DNA from: an uncultured Acidobacteriota bacterium
Lineage (GTDB): Bacteria; Acidobacteriota; UBA6911
Direction of reading: 5' to 3'
DNA: 64,000 nucleotides
Assembly (NCBI GenBank): GCA_963809485.1
Contig: CAWEJX010000015.1
Location: forward strand, 160,001-224,000
Shown: positions 30,128 to 40,047 of the stretch, one piece after another
How the letters are laid out: each line of letters begins with the position of its first letter
Numbering within the stretch: position 1 is the stretch's first letter
Program-made: the position numbers and the translations under genes
Notes under the pieces: model-generated
The model's input: only the letters and a program-made list of their open reading frames with translations
The model's database searches: none
What the model was told of the DNA's origin: nothing

Positions 30128-31168
30128 ATGATTGATCGGCCGAAAGTCTCCGTCATTATCCCATGCTTCAACATGGGCCAATACATCGACGAGGCGGTTG
30201 ACAGCGTGTTCGCACAAACAATGCAGGATTTCGAGATTGTCATCGTTGACGACGGTTCGACGGATCATGCAACCATTCAACTGCTGTCAACCTATTGCCG
30301 TCCGAACACGCGAGTCGTGGTCACTAAGAATCAGGGAGTGGCTGCCGCGCGAAATCATGCCATCGAGCATGCAAACGGAAAATATCTATGTGCGCTGGAT
30401 TCTGACGACAAGCTGCATCCCACCTACCTCGAGGGCGCAACTTCGCTGCTGGATAGCGATCCTGCCCTGACATTTGTTTCCTCCTGGGTTCAGATGTTCG
30501 GCGCATCGGATGCCCTATGGAGGCAGGATTCCTGCGACCTCCCGGCATTGCTCTCGGAGTGCACGGTTATGACAGCCGCGCTGGTGCGCGCCGACGCCGT
30601 GCGCTCTGTTGGCGGATACGACACTCGGATGCCGGACCAGGGCGACGAGGATTGGGATTTGTGGATCAGCCTGGTCGAGCGCGGTTATCGCGGAACAATC
30701 ATTCCGGAGGTTCTCTTTTACTATCGACGCCGGCCGGGATCCATGTGCGAAGTGTGCACCACGGGAGAAACCCATCTCCGCCTGGTGCGACACATCATGG
30801 AGAAACATCGGGAAAGCTATCAGAAGCACCTTACAGCCGTCCTCAATCGCAAACAAGCCGATATCGGCGGACTGCTGCATGAAAATTACGTGCTTGAGCG
30901 ACACCTTAACGATCTTTTGCAGCCGATTGTGGAGTCGCGCAGAAAGGAAGTTGAGCGTTTACAGGCGAAGCTTGACCGGTTTGAGAAACGGCCAAAGACT
31001 GAGGCGCATGAATCTCTTGAAACAGTAAAGCGCCAGCTCGAAGAAAAAAAGGCAGAACTGCTATCGAAACAAGCGGAGGTACACGCATTGCGAGCCTCAG
31101 GAAGCTGGCGTATCACCGCGCCAATACGCGCCGCCTACGATGTATGGCTAAAGATAAAGAGCTTATAG
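30128..31168 (+). CDS. GT2 glycosyltransferase with a C-terminal coiled coil and SWRITAP motif
   Basis: 'VSVIIPCFN', 'VDDGSTD', 'LDSDD', 'EDWDLW', then a coiled coil and 'SGSWRITAPIR'. Confidence 0.9.
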   Translation: MIDRPKVSVIIPCFNMGQYIDEAVDSVFAQTMQDFEIVIVDDGSTDHATIQLLSTYCRPNTRVVVTKNQGVAAARNHAIEHANGKYLCALDSDDKLHPTYLEGATSLLDSDPALTFVSSWVQMFGASDALWRQDSCDLPALLSECTVMTAALVRADAVRSVGGYDTRMPDQGDEDWDLWISLVERGYRGTIIPEVLFYYRRRPGSMCEVCTTGETHLRLVRHIMEKHRESYQKHLTAVLNRKQADIGGLLHENYVLERHLNDLLQPIVESRRKEVERLQAKLDRFEKRPKTEAHESLETVKRQLEEKKAELLSKQAEVHALRASGSWRITAPIRAAYDVWLKIKSL

Positions 31169-31182
31169 GTTATGGAGAACGG

Positions 31183-33648
31183 ATGACAGAAATTGCAGTC
31201 ATTGTTTCATGCTATAACCAAGGCAGGACCATCGAGGAGGCGGTCGACAGTGCCCTATCCCAAACGCGTATTCCCGCGGAAGTTATACTCATTGACGACG
31301 GCTCTACCGACATCCTGACAATACAGAAAATCGCTGCTCTCCCGCGTCCGGGTCTGAGAGTAGTCCGTATTGAAAATCGGGGCACCGCAGGCGCCCGCAA
31401 TTATGGGGCACGCTTGACGTCCTCCGACTATCTGGTTTTCTTAGACGGAGACGATATCCTCGAGAGGACATACTTTGAAAAGGCAGGGGCTCTGCTTGAT
31501 GCCCGGCCGGAGTTGGGAGTGATTGCATGTACTCTCCAGGCTTTTGAAGGCGCGGACTATATTTGGACGCCTCCCCCCTTCAATTTTGTTGATGGTTTTG
31601 CCAGGGGAACTCCGCCCGTCACCTCTATGATTCGTCGCACCGTCTTCGATAGCGTCGGCGGCTTTGACGAAAGTTTCGGTTTATTTGAGACGCTCGACTT
31701 CTGGCTCTCGGTCCTTGAACAGGGACACAAGGCAGAGATCATTGCCGAGCCGATGCTGAAATATCGGGTTCGAACATTCTCCAATTACCACAAAATTATA
31801 CAGCCCGAAACATGGATTGAGCGAAGAAACGTCCTTCTGGCCAAACACCGCAAGGCAGTGGAGCAGCACGGCCTGGACATACTTTATGCGGCCGAGACAT
31901 TCATTTTGGAGCAACGAGGGCATCATCGGTCTCTCGAAGAAAAGAAAGCATCCCTGGAGCGGGAGATTGAGGATCTGAATTCACGGATCAAACAGCTTTC
32001 CCAATCCCTCATGAAGATTGGAGAGCCTGTCCTGGATTGGGGAGACTTCGATCAACCGATGCCGCTCAGCCCGTTTTGGGGGATAGAGCGGGGCACGCCT
32101 GTCGACCGCCACTATATCAACCAATTCCTGGATAAGAATCGTCTGGACATACACGGGCATGTACTCGAGATCAAGGATAGGGCCTACACTTCCCGGTTCG
32201 GCGACAATCGGGTAGAGACTTGCGATGTGCTTGACATCGATCCCGAAAACAAATCAGCGACGATTACCGCAGACCTCAGCAGGGCCAACAGCATTCCATC
32301 GAACATGTTCGATTGTTTCATCCTCACCCAGACGATCCACATCATTTATGACGTGAAAGGCGCGCTTGCCCACGCATACCGCATTTTAAAGCCGGGCGGC
32401 GTCCTTTTGTGTACCCTTCCCTCAACCTGTCGTGTCAACTGCGAAAATGGCGGACTGGATGCAGGAGACTATTGGAGATTCACCGAAGCGTCCGTATGCC
32501 GTCTGTTTGCAGAGACCTTCCCGCCCGAAGCGTTCGAGGTATCCGTGCATGGAAACGTAAAGGCATGTGTGGCCTTCCTGGAGGGCCTGGCCGCAGAAGA
32601 GGTTGCGCCGGAGGTGCTCGATCACACCGATCCATGGCATCCCCTGCTGTTTTGCGTGCGCGGAGTTAAACCCCATCCTATGAACGGGTCAGAGACGGCA
32701 AGCCCACGCCCACTTCCGATTCAATCTAAAAGGCCGGGCGGGGCGATCCTTTTCTATCACCGGATTGCTGCGCTGGCGCCCGATCCTCATGCTCTGTGTA
32801 TTGCGCCGGATCTTTTCCGCGCTCATATGTGCCATTTGCGCGATCACTACAGACTGCTGTCCCTCAATGACCTGGTGGCCGGCATGAAAAATGGAGAACT
32901 GCCGGAGCGCGCCCTGGCGGTGACATTGGATGACGGGTATCTTGATGCGCTCGATAACGCAGCACCCATTCTGGTAGAACTCGGCGTTCCGGCGACTTTT
33001 TTTGTTTCCACGGATCGGCTGCACGAGCAACATGAGACCTGGCTGGACACCCTGGTCCACATATTGTTTTCAGATGAATTGCTTCCTCATTCTTTGACCA
33101 TTTCATACAAGGGCAGGACGCTGGTTCTCCCGACTACCGCCATTAGCGAGCGAACAAAAGCCTTTGAGGAAATCAACAAGCTCTGCTGGAATCTCTCGTT
33201 CGAGGACCGGACCGAAATAATTGCCGGCGTTTACAGTTGGAGCGGCCTTGATTTGCACGCTCGAAACACGCATCAGCTCATGACCGCCGATGAAATTCTT
33301 CGGCTGTCAGAAAAGCCAGGCCTGTCGATAGGTTGCCATGGGATCCATCACCTCTGCCTCCCGGCTCAACCGCTGCCCATCCAGCAACGAGAGACGGTGG
33401 AAAGCAAATATGTTCTTGAATCGCTGCTGAAAAAATCAGTCAATGCGTTTGCCTACCCCTATGGCGTATATGACCACAGGACCGAAGCGGTCGTTCGCTC
33501 GGCCGGCTTTGATTCTGCATTCACAACACGCGAAGGGATCATATATCCGGGCGATAATCTTTGGCGTCTGGCACGTAATGAGGCCGGCGCTTGGCCTCTG
33601 TCCAGATTTTCCGATTGGCTTCACAAGATATTTTCCGATGAACACTAA
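31183..33648 (+). CDS. GT2 + SAM-dependent methyltransferase + CE4 polysaccharide deacetylase fusion
   Basis: GT2 'IDDGSTD', 'FLDGDD'; MTase 'GIERGTPVDRHY...FDCFILTQT...RILKPGG'; NodB 'VTLDDGY', 'GCHGIHH', 'FAYPYG'. GGAG RBS before the ATG at 31183. Confidence 0.88.
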   Translation: MTEIAVIVSCYNQGRTIEEAVDSALSQTRIPAEVILIDDGSTDILTIQKIAALPRPGLRVVRIENRGTAGARNYGARLTSSDYLVFLDGDDILERTYFEKAGALLDARPELGVIACTLQAFEGADYIWTPPPFNFVDGFARGTPPVTSMIRRTVFDSVGGFDESFGLFETLDFWLSVLEQGHKAEIIAEPMLKYRVRTFSNYHKIIQPETWIERRNVLLAKHRKAVEQHGLDILYAAETFILEQRGHHRSLEEKKASLEREIEDLNSRIKQLSQSLMKIGEPVLDWGDFDQPMPLSPFWGIERGTPVDRHYINQFLDKNRLDIHGHVLEIKDRAYTSRFGDNRVETCDVLDIDPENKSATITADLSRANSIPSNMFDCFILTQTIHIIYDVKGALAHAYRILKPGGVLLCTLPSTCRVNCENGGLDAGDYWRFTEASVCRLFAETFPPEAFEVSVHGNVKACVAFLEGLAAEEVAPEVLDHTDPWHPLLFCVRGVKPHPMNGSETASPRPLPIQSKRPGGAILFYHRIAALAPDPHALCIAPDLFRAHMCHLRDHYRLLSLNDLVAGMKNGELPERALAVTLDDGYLDALDNAAPILVELGVPATFFVSTDRLHEQHETWLDTLVHILFSDELLPHSLTISYKGRTLVLPTTAISERTKAFEEINKLCWNLSFEDRTEIIAGVYSWSGLDLHARNTHQLMTADEILRLSEKPGLSIGCHGIHHLCLPAQPLPIQQRETVESKYVLESLLKKSVNAFAYPYGVYDHRTEAVVRSAGFDSAFTTREGIIYPGDNLWRLARNEAGAWPLSRFSDWLHKIFSDEH

Positions 33649-36600
33649 AACGCTTTATGAGATATGCGACGGCAAGATTCAATCGCCTGTGCTCGAAGTG
33701 ACGGTTGTCGAGCACTGCAACCTCACATGCCGTGCATGCAGTCACCTTTCACCTATCCTGCCAAAATTCCTGGCTAACCCGGCTGCAGTCCAGCAGGACC
33801 TGAAAGCACTGGCAAAAGTCTACCATGCCGGGAGCGTCAGACTGCTAGGGGGAGAGCCGCTTCTTCATCCGCATGTCAACAAGCTGCTTATAATATTGCG
33901 TGAGTCGGATGTTGCGGACACGGTTGGCATCGAAACCAACGGTCTTCTGTTGGGCAGGATGACGGAAGAGTTCTGGAGGCTCATCGATCAGATTCTTGTG
34001 ACGACCTATCCGGGAAGGGAGTTGGCGGCGGATCTGGTTGAGCATTGCCGCACGCTTGCCAAAAGACACGCTGTTGATTTTCAGATGACCTTATCGTCTA
34101 TCTTTCGTGAGTCATACGCGGCATTGGGCACATCCCGCCACGAACTGGTTCAGAGGATATACAATACATGCTCGATCGTTCACGAATGGCGCTGCCACAC
34201 ACTCGCCGACGGCTTTTTTTACAAATGTCCCCTTGGTTATTACATTCCCAAAGGCCTTGGCTCCGATGAGGATCGCGCTTCAACGGCTGATGGAATCAAG
34301 CTGAGTGATTCAGTTGACTTACGGGATCGTTTGCTGTCTTATCTGCAGTCCGCAATACCGCTTCTGTCCTGCCGACGTTGTCTGGGCACTGTTGGAAAAA
34401 ATTTTCCCTTTGAGGAGCTTCCGCGGAAGTCATGGGCGCAGGCGCAACACCATACGGTCGAACAGTTGATGGACCCCGAGCTTTTGAGAAAGGCCGAGGA
34501 TCGCCGGGCAAAGTCCCGCGCTGAAGGAATAATTCACCTAAAAGAGCTTCAAGCAAGGGAAACAAACTTGTCGCTGACAGTCACGGCAATCATTGCTACA
34601 TACAATGAAGCGGACATTATTTCCTGCGTCCTGGAGGATCTTGTGTCGCAAGGAATACGTGTGTACCTCATCGACACCGGTTCCAGCGATGCAACGGTAA
34701 CTGAGGCCCGGCGCTTCCTGGGACGCGGCCTCCTCCACATTGAAGAACTGGCTATGGATGAGTTTCGGCTCAGCCGGTTGATGAAGCGCAAGCAGGCTCT
34801 TGCTTTTGAACTTGACTCCGATTGGTTGATCAATGCCGATGCCGATGAATTTCGTGAAAGCCCCTGGACAGGCGTGAGCTTCCTGGATGGAATTCGCCGC
34901 GTCGATGCCCTGGGCTACAATGCGATTGACTTCGCCGTCCTCGATTTTGTCCCGACGCACGACAACCTGAGTCCGGGAGACGACCCGCGGGAGGCATTCC
35001 CTTATTTTGAGCCAGGCGGTTCTTACAACAAGCTGCAGATCCGTTGCTGGAAAAAACCCGATTGCCCGGTGGACCTTGTGCCCTCAGGCGGCCATGAAGC
35101 GGTTTTCCCGGGGCGCAAGGTTTTCCCGATTCGTTTCCTGCTTCGGCACTACCCATTCAGGGGACAAGCGCATGCTGAACGGAAACTCTTTCAGGAACGC
35201 CGTCCGAGATATCCGGAAGAGGAGAAAAAACTCTCTTGGCATATCCAATACGATGACATCTTCGAAGGATACTGTTTTATTCGAAAAGCCGATGGCCTTG
35301 AGCGTTTCGATCCGGACCGTATACGAATCGCTCTTCAGATCAGCAACCGCGAGCTTGAAGCACTAAAGGCCGATCATGAGGCGGAAAATTCGCAGTTGGC
35401 AAAAGAAAAACTACAGATCGATGCGGAAAATTCCCGGTTGTTAAAAGAAAAGCTGCGGCTCGAGGATGCGAACTCTCAGTTGTCAAAGGAAAAGCTTCGA
35501 CTCGAGGCAGAAAACTCCCAGGTGATTCAAGAAAAATTGCTGCTCGAGCAAAAAGCTCGACAGTTGAGCATAGCCAACCTGAAGATTGCTCAACACGAAA
35601 ATCACTTAAAGCTGATGTACGATTCCTTGAGCTGGCGGGTGACGGCGCCTCTGCGATGGTTGGGCTATCAATTTCCGTTTTTATTAAAGTCTATTCAGCG
35701 GCTTTGGGGAGTACAAAGCAACGTACCGATTCCAGCAGCCAAAACAATCATCCAAGCTCAGTCACTGGACCAGATCGCGGAAGCCGCAACTGTAAGAGGG
35801 AGCATCGGGATTCATCTGCACCTTTTCTATATGGAACTGCTGGATGAAATAGCCGGGTACTTACAGAATATCCCATTTGACTATGACCTTTATGTTTCGG
35901 TACCGAACGACTGCCAGGTCGATCTTGTCCGAAAGGCGCTGGAGCCGCTGCGGTCCATACGGTCCTGCACTATAAAAGCGGTACCGAACCGGGGACGTGA
36001 TGTTGCGCCACTTATCCTGACGTTTGCCGACAAACTGCTGAGGCATGATTTTATCTGCCATATACACAGCAAGAAATCACTCCATTCAGGGAATGAACAG
36101 ACACTCTGGAGAAAGCACTTGTTTGACAACCTGCTTGGAAGTCCCTGGATCGTTCGGAAAATATTCGGCGTTTTTGACGCTTATAAAGATGTAGGCATCG
36201 TCTATCCTGAGACTCACCATTTAATGTGGTACTGGGCGCACACATGGCTTCAGAATGAATCGATTGGACGGCAGCTTAGCTCCAAATATCAGGTGAATTG
36301 CGATTGGTCCGGCTACTTGGACTACCCTTTGGGAACAATGTTCTGGGCCAGGACCGACGCCTTGCGTCCGATTCTATCATCCGGCTTCACAATTGATGAC
36401 TTCCCGGAAGAATCAGGCCAACTGGACGGCACCCTTGCCCATGCCCTCGAGAGAATGCTCGTCCCTGTTGCCTTAAGAGAGGGTTATACCTTCAGTGAGA
36501 TCAACGCGGACAGAAAAGATTTTTCGGTTGCGTTCGGCTCCAGGAATCTTTCCCAGTATTGGGAAAAAAATCTGGATGCGCTCAAGAGCGCTATCCGGGA

Positions 36601-38383
36601 GCACGAGCTGATTACGTTTGATATTTTTGATACTCTCCTGACCCGTCCTCTGCTGAGTCCTGATTCTGTGTTTGATCTGCTCAGCATTGAAGTTGAGAGA
36701 GAATCAGGGATCAGGAATTTCGCGGAGATCCGGAAAGGCGCTGAGGCCGAACTCAGGATGGAAAGAAGCTATGACTCCGATGTGCGCATTGAAGAGATAT
36801 ACGCGCGGATCGGCAAACGATTGAAACTGGAGAGGAATGTCACTGATCGATGGTGTTCAACCGAGCGTGATATTGAGCTTCGCATCAATTTCCCTCGACG
36901 CGAGGTTGTGGAGGCCTATCACTTCGCCAAAGAAAATGGCAAACGCATTGTACTCATGTCCGATATGTATCTGGATGAGGCTACAATTCAAGCACTTTTA
37001 AAACGGAATGGAATTGAAGGATATGAGGATCTCCTGCTTTCTTCGTCCACGGGCGTGCGGAAAGACAATGGGGGCATGTGGTTGAGACTGCTCGAGCGCT
37101 ATCCGGACGCTGCAATCCTTCACATCGGCGACAATGAGCGTTCCGATGCACAGATTCCCTCCGATATGGGAATCCCTTGTTACCATGTGATGTCGCCCAA
37201 AAACATTTTCAATAACACCCTGATAGGGAGAGAATTCCCAATAAACGCAGCTGCCGGAAATGTTGCCGATTCAGCGCTGTCAGGCCTGTCGGTCAGCCAT
37301 CTTTTCAATGACCCTTTTGCTATGCATGATTGCCGAGGGGAATATGCCTTTGCCGATAAATTCCGGTTCGGCTACTCAGTTTTGGGGCCCATAATTTTCG
37401 CCTATCTCTTATGGCTTCTTAAGTCCTCGATTGCAGATAACATTTCCATGCTGCTGTTCCTGGCACGAGAAGGGTACCTGCTGAAGCAAATCTTCGACTT
37501 GATTCTTGCCCAAACAGAAGTTGCAAAGCGCATAAATCCCGGGATCGGGTCGGCATATCTTCTCGCATCTCGAAGAGCTGCAACCGTTCCCGCGATTCAA
37601 AATATCGAGGACGCTTTGGTGTTGCTGAAAAAAAACTACCATGGGCATCTATATAATCTTTTGGAAGCCCGCTTTGGCCTGGATTCCGGTTACCTTGCGG
37701 CAAATAGGGTAATCGATCAGTACGTAGAACTCCCCACGGACCTGGAGAAAGTCTCTGAAGTCGTCAGGCAGCATTTTAATGCGATAGCCGCAAATGCCCG
37801 GAAGGAAAAGAAGTGCTATTTAAGATATCTCGAAAGCCTGGGCCTTAAGGGTTTTCAGGGAGGCATCGCGGTTGCAGATCTGGGCTATAGCGGCAGTATT
37901 CAGAAGGCTTTGTCGGTGCTTCTGGAAGCTTCTTTGAGAGGATATTATTTTGCTACATTCGTAGACATTCAGGAAAACAGCAAATTCGATAACAAATTTT
38001 ATGCATTTTTTGCCGAGAAGGACCATCCATTGAGCACGCAAAGCGCTGTCTACCGGCACAGTCTTGTACTCGAGAGCGTGCTCACTTCGCCGGACGGGCA
38101 GCTGGCTTTCTTCAAGGAGACCGACGGCAAGGTATTGCCTGTTTTTGGAAAGCAAAATGAACATTATGGGGATCTGTCTCGGATTCACGAAGGCATCAAG
38201 GTCTATTGCAATGATATGCTCAAATATTTTGGCCCATATATCATGGATTTTGAGCCCAGCCGAATGGCAGTGGAGTATTTTTTGGGCAAAGTGATGTCGG
38301 AAAACAGGGTTGATCAGGAAATTCTTTTGCAGCTCAAGGTGGAAGACAAATATTGCAGCGATGGGGATATATTGTCGGTTTAG
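33638..38383 (+). CDS. Multidomain polysaccharide biosynthesis protein: radical SAM / GT2-like / coiled coil / RgpF-like / HAD phosphatase + phosphoribosyltransferase
   Basis: 'CNLTCRAC' + 'GGEP' + 'ETNG'; 'TYNEADII', 'DADEF'; 14-aa repeats; 'HLHLFY', 'NRGRDVAP', 'HIHSKKS', 'GTMFWAR', 'LAHALER'; 'FDIFDTLL', 'HIGDN', 'FLAREG', 'DLGYSGSIQ'. Start placed at the ATG overlapping the upstream stop region. Confidence 0.85.
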   Translation: MNTKTLYEICDGKIQSPVLEVTVVEHCNLTCRACSHLSPILPKFLANPAAVQQDLKALAKVYHAGSVRLLGGEPLLHPHVNKLLIILRESDVADTVGIETNGLLLGRMTEEFWRLIDQILVTTYPGRELAADLVEHCRTLAKRHAVDFQMTLSSIFRESYAALGTSRHELVQRIYNTCSIVHEWRCHTLADGFFYKCPLGYYIPKGLGSDEDRASTADGIKLSDSVDLRDRLLSYLQSAIPLLSCRRCLGTVGKNFPFEELPRKSWAQAQHHTVEQLMDPELLRKAEDRRAKSRAEGIIHLKELQARETNLSLTVTAIIATYNEADIISCVLEDLVSQGIRVYLIDTGSSDATVTEARRFLGRGLLHIEELAMDEFRLSRLMKRKQALAFELDSDWLINADADEFRESPWTGVSFLDGIRRVDALGYNAIDFAVLDFVPTHDNLSPGDDPREAFPYFEPGGSYNKLQIRCWKKPDCPVDLVPSGGHEAVFPGRKVFPIRFLLRHYPFRGQAHAERKLFQERRPRYPEEEKKLSWHIQYDDIFEGYCFIRKADGLERFDPDRIRIALQISNRELEALKADHEAENSQLAKEKLQIDAENSRLLKEKLRLEDANSQLSKEKLRLEAENSQVIQEKLLLEQKARQLSIANLKIAQHENHLKLMYDSLSWRVTAPLRWLGYQFPFLLKSIQRLWGVQSNVPIPAAKTIIQAQSLDQIAEAATVRGSIGIHLHLFYMELLDEIAGYLQNIPFDYDLYVSVPNDCQVDLVRKALEPLRSIRSCTIKAVPNRGRDVAPLILTFADKLLRHDFICHIHSKKSLHSGNEQTLWRKHLFDNLLGSPWIVRKIFGVFDAYKDVGIVYPETHHLMWYWAHTWLQNESIGRQLSSKYQVNCDWSGYLDYPLGTMFWARTDALRPILSSGFTIDDFPEESGQLDGTLAHALERMLVPVALREGYTFSEINADRKDFSVAFGSRNLSQYWEKNLDALKSAIREHELITFDIFDTLLTRPLLSPDSVFDLLSIEVERESGIRNFAEIRKGAEAELRMERSYDSDVRIEEIYARIGKRLKLERNVTDRWCSTERDIELRINFPRREVVEAYHFAKENGKRIVLMSDMYLDEATIQALLKRNGIEGYEDLLLSSSTGVRKDNGGMWLRLLERYPDAAILHIGDNERSDAQIPSDMGIPCYHVMSPKNIFNNTLIGREFPINAAAGNVADSALSGLSVSHLFNDPFAMHDCRGEYAFADKFRFGYSVLGPIIFAYLLWLLKSSIADNISMLLFLAREGYLLKQIFDLILAQTEVAKRINPGIGSAYLLASRRAATVPAIQNIEDALVLLKKNYHGHLYNLLEARFGLDSGYLAANRVIDQYVELPTDLEKVSEVVRQHFNAIAANARKEKKCYLRYLESLGLKGFQGGIAVADLGYSGSIQKALSVLLEASLRGYYFATFVDIQENSKFDNKFYAFFAEKDHPLSTQSAVYRHSLVLESVLTSPDGQLAFFKETDGKVLPVFGKQNEHYGDLSRIHEGIKVYCNDMLKYFGPYIMDFEPSRMAVEYFLGKVMSENRVDQEILLQLKVEDKYCSDGDILSV
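35378..35545 (+). repeat. Four imperfect 42-nt (14-aa) tandem repeats encoding a coiled coil
   Basis: EAENSQLAKEKLQI / DAENSRLLKEKLRL / EDANSQLSKEKLRL / EAENSQVIQEKLLL. Confidence 0.9.
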
Positions 38384-38422
38384 ACGGGTTTCAAAACAGA
38401 GATATAACACTACGGGAAAGAT

Positions 38423-39212
38423 TTGAACAAACCGCATATTTTAACCAGCAATAGCGGCGCCTATCTGCCGGATTTGATCTGGACGCTGGTCCGCACGGAT
38501 TTTAAAACACGCTATCACGGGACGATGGGAGGTTACTGCTGGGCCCTGGTAAAGCCGCTCACAATGTTTGCGATTCTTTGTGCCGTGTTTTCTGCCGTCT
38601 TTAAAATGGATCCCAACTATAATCTGAACCTGATTGTCGGATTGTTTCTCTGGGATTTCTTCTCCGATGCCACTAAAACGGGATTCATATCTCTTCAGAC
38701 AAAAAGCTTTTTGCTGACAAAAACCAAGGTTTCACCATGGATTGTCGTTTTGACGTTCTGCTTCCAACGCACTGATCACCGTGACAATTTTCGGCATCGG
38801 CGTATGCGTCTATATTTCCATGTTCATCCGCAGTTTAAGCCTGCTTGAAATTGCCTGCTTCGGGCTTTATATATTTCTTTGTCTGATCATCATCCTGGGC
38901 ATCTCCCTTGCGGGCAGCGTCCTTTTTCTCCGATACCGGGATATCAACCAGATATGGGAATTGCTCATACAGGCGGGCTTTTTTTTCACCCCTATCATTT
39001 ACCCGCTTGATATAGTGCCGCATCAATATCATTTTTGTTTTTACGTGTGGCTGCCTACGGCAGTGATCCAGTTTTCCAGGTCTGTTCTGGTAAAGGGGAC
39101 GATTCCAAGCCTGACAGCACATCTCATGCTGCTGGGTGGAGCAATGGTGGTGTTGCTTGCGGGCTGCGCACTATATTGCCGGCTGTCTCCTCGTGCGCTA
39201 GAAAGGTTGTAG
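38423..39212 (+). CDS. wzm: Polysaccharide ABC transporter permease Wzm (frameshift at ~38757)
   Basis: 'LVRTDFKTRYHGT.GG.CW.LVKPL' and 'YRDINQIW...FFFTPIIYP' in two frames, joined by removing one T. Confidence 0.85.
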
Positions 39213-39216
39213 CGCT

Positions 39217-39992
39217 ATGATTGCCCTGGATATTCAAGGGATTCAAAAGAGCTTTTCCATTCCGATCGTGAGATTGGATACCATTCGGGAACAGGATTCT
39301 CAACATTTTTAAGCTGCGGAAGCCATTTAAGGAACCGCCGGGAACTCCGAGTATTGAACGGCGTGAGTTTTTCCGTAAAAGCTGGCGAGACCGTAGGCAT
39401 CATGGGAAGAAATGGGTGCGGTAAAAGCACGTTGCTAAAAATCATCACGGGAATTTATCAGCCGGACCGGGGGACAGTTCAGGTGCAACCTTCCGATCAC
39501 ACCGATTCTGGACCTGGGTGTGGGATGGAACCGGAATTGGATGCGATTGATAACATTTATTTGTTGGGCACCGTGATGGGGCTGACGCTGCGCGAGCTAA
39601 GAGCATCAACGGATGAAATCCTGGAATTTGCCGGGTTGCGGGAATTTTCGAAGCTGGAGCTTAAACATTACTCGGCGGGAATGGCCATGCGCCTTGCCTA
39701 TTCCGTGGCCTTTCGGGCGGTCCGCGGCCTGCTCATTCTCGATGAAGTGTTTGCCGTGGGGGACATGGAATTCAGAGAGAAATGCTACAAGAGATATGAG
39801 GAGATTCATAAGGCAGGCCATACCGTCCTGATGGTCAGTCACAATCCTGGGGATATCGAACGATTTTGCGGCCGCGCCATTCTGCTCGAAGGAGGAAAGG
39901 TTGCTCAGGAAGGAAGCGGGCAGGAGATCGCCCATGCCTATGTTCAGTCATTGACTTGTGAAACGGGCCTTGGCAATAGAAGCCTTCAATGA
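39217..39992 (+). CDS. wzt: Polysaccharide ABC transporter ATPase Wzt (several indels; no C-terminal CBM)
   Basis: 'GRNGCGKSTLL', 'YSAGMAMRLAYS', 'LILDEVFAVGD', 'VSH'; N-terminus MIALDIQGIQKSF in another frame. Confidence 0.85.
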
Positions 39993-40047
39993 ACGAAAAC
40001 AGGCTTGTTGCAGAATGTAGTCGAGTGGCCGGGTCGGTGCGCCAAAA

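Noticed and set aside
33443-33637. N-terminal 65-aa extension of the giant ORF
   Set aside because: Overlaps the deacetylase domain of the upstream gene; the ATG at 33638 fits translational coupling better.
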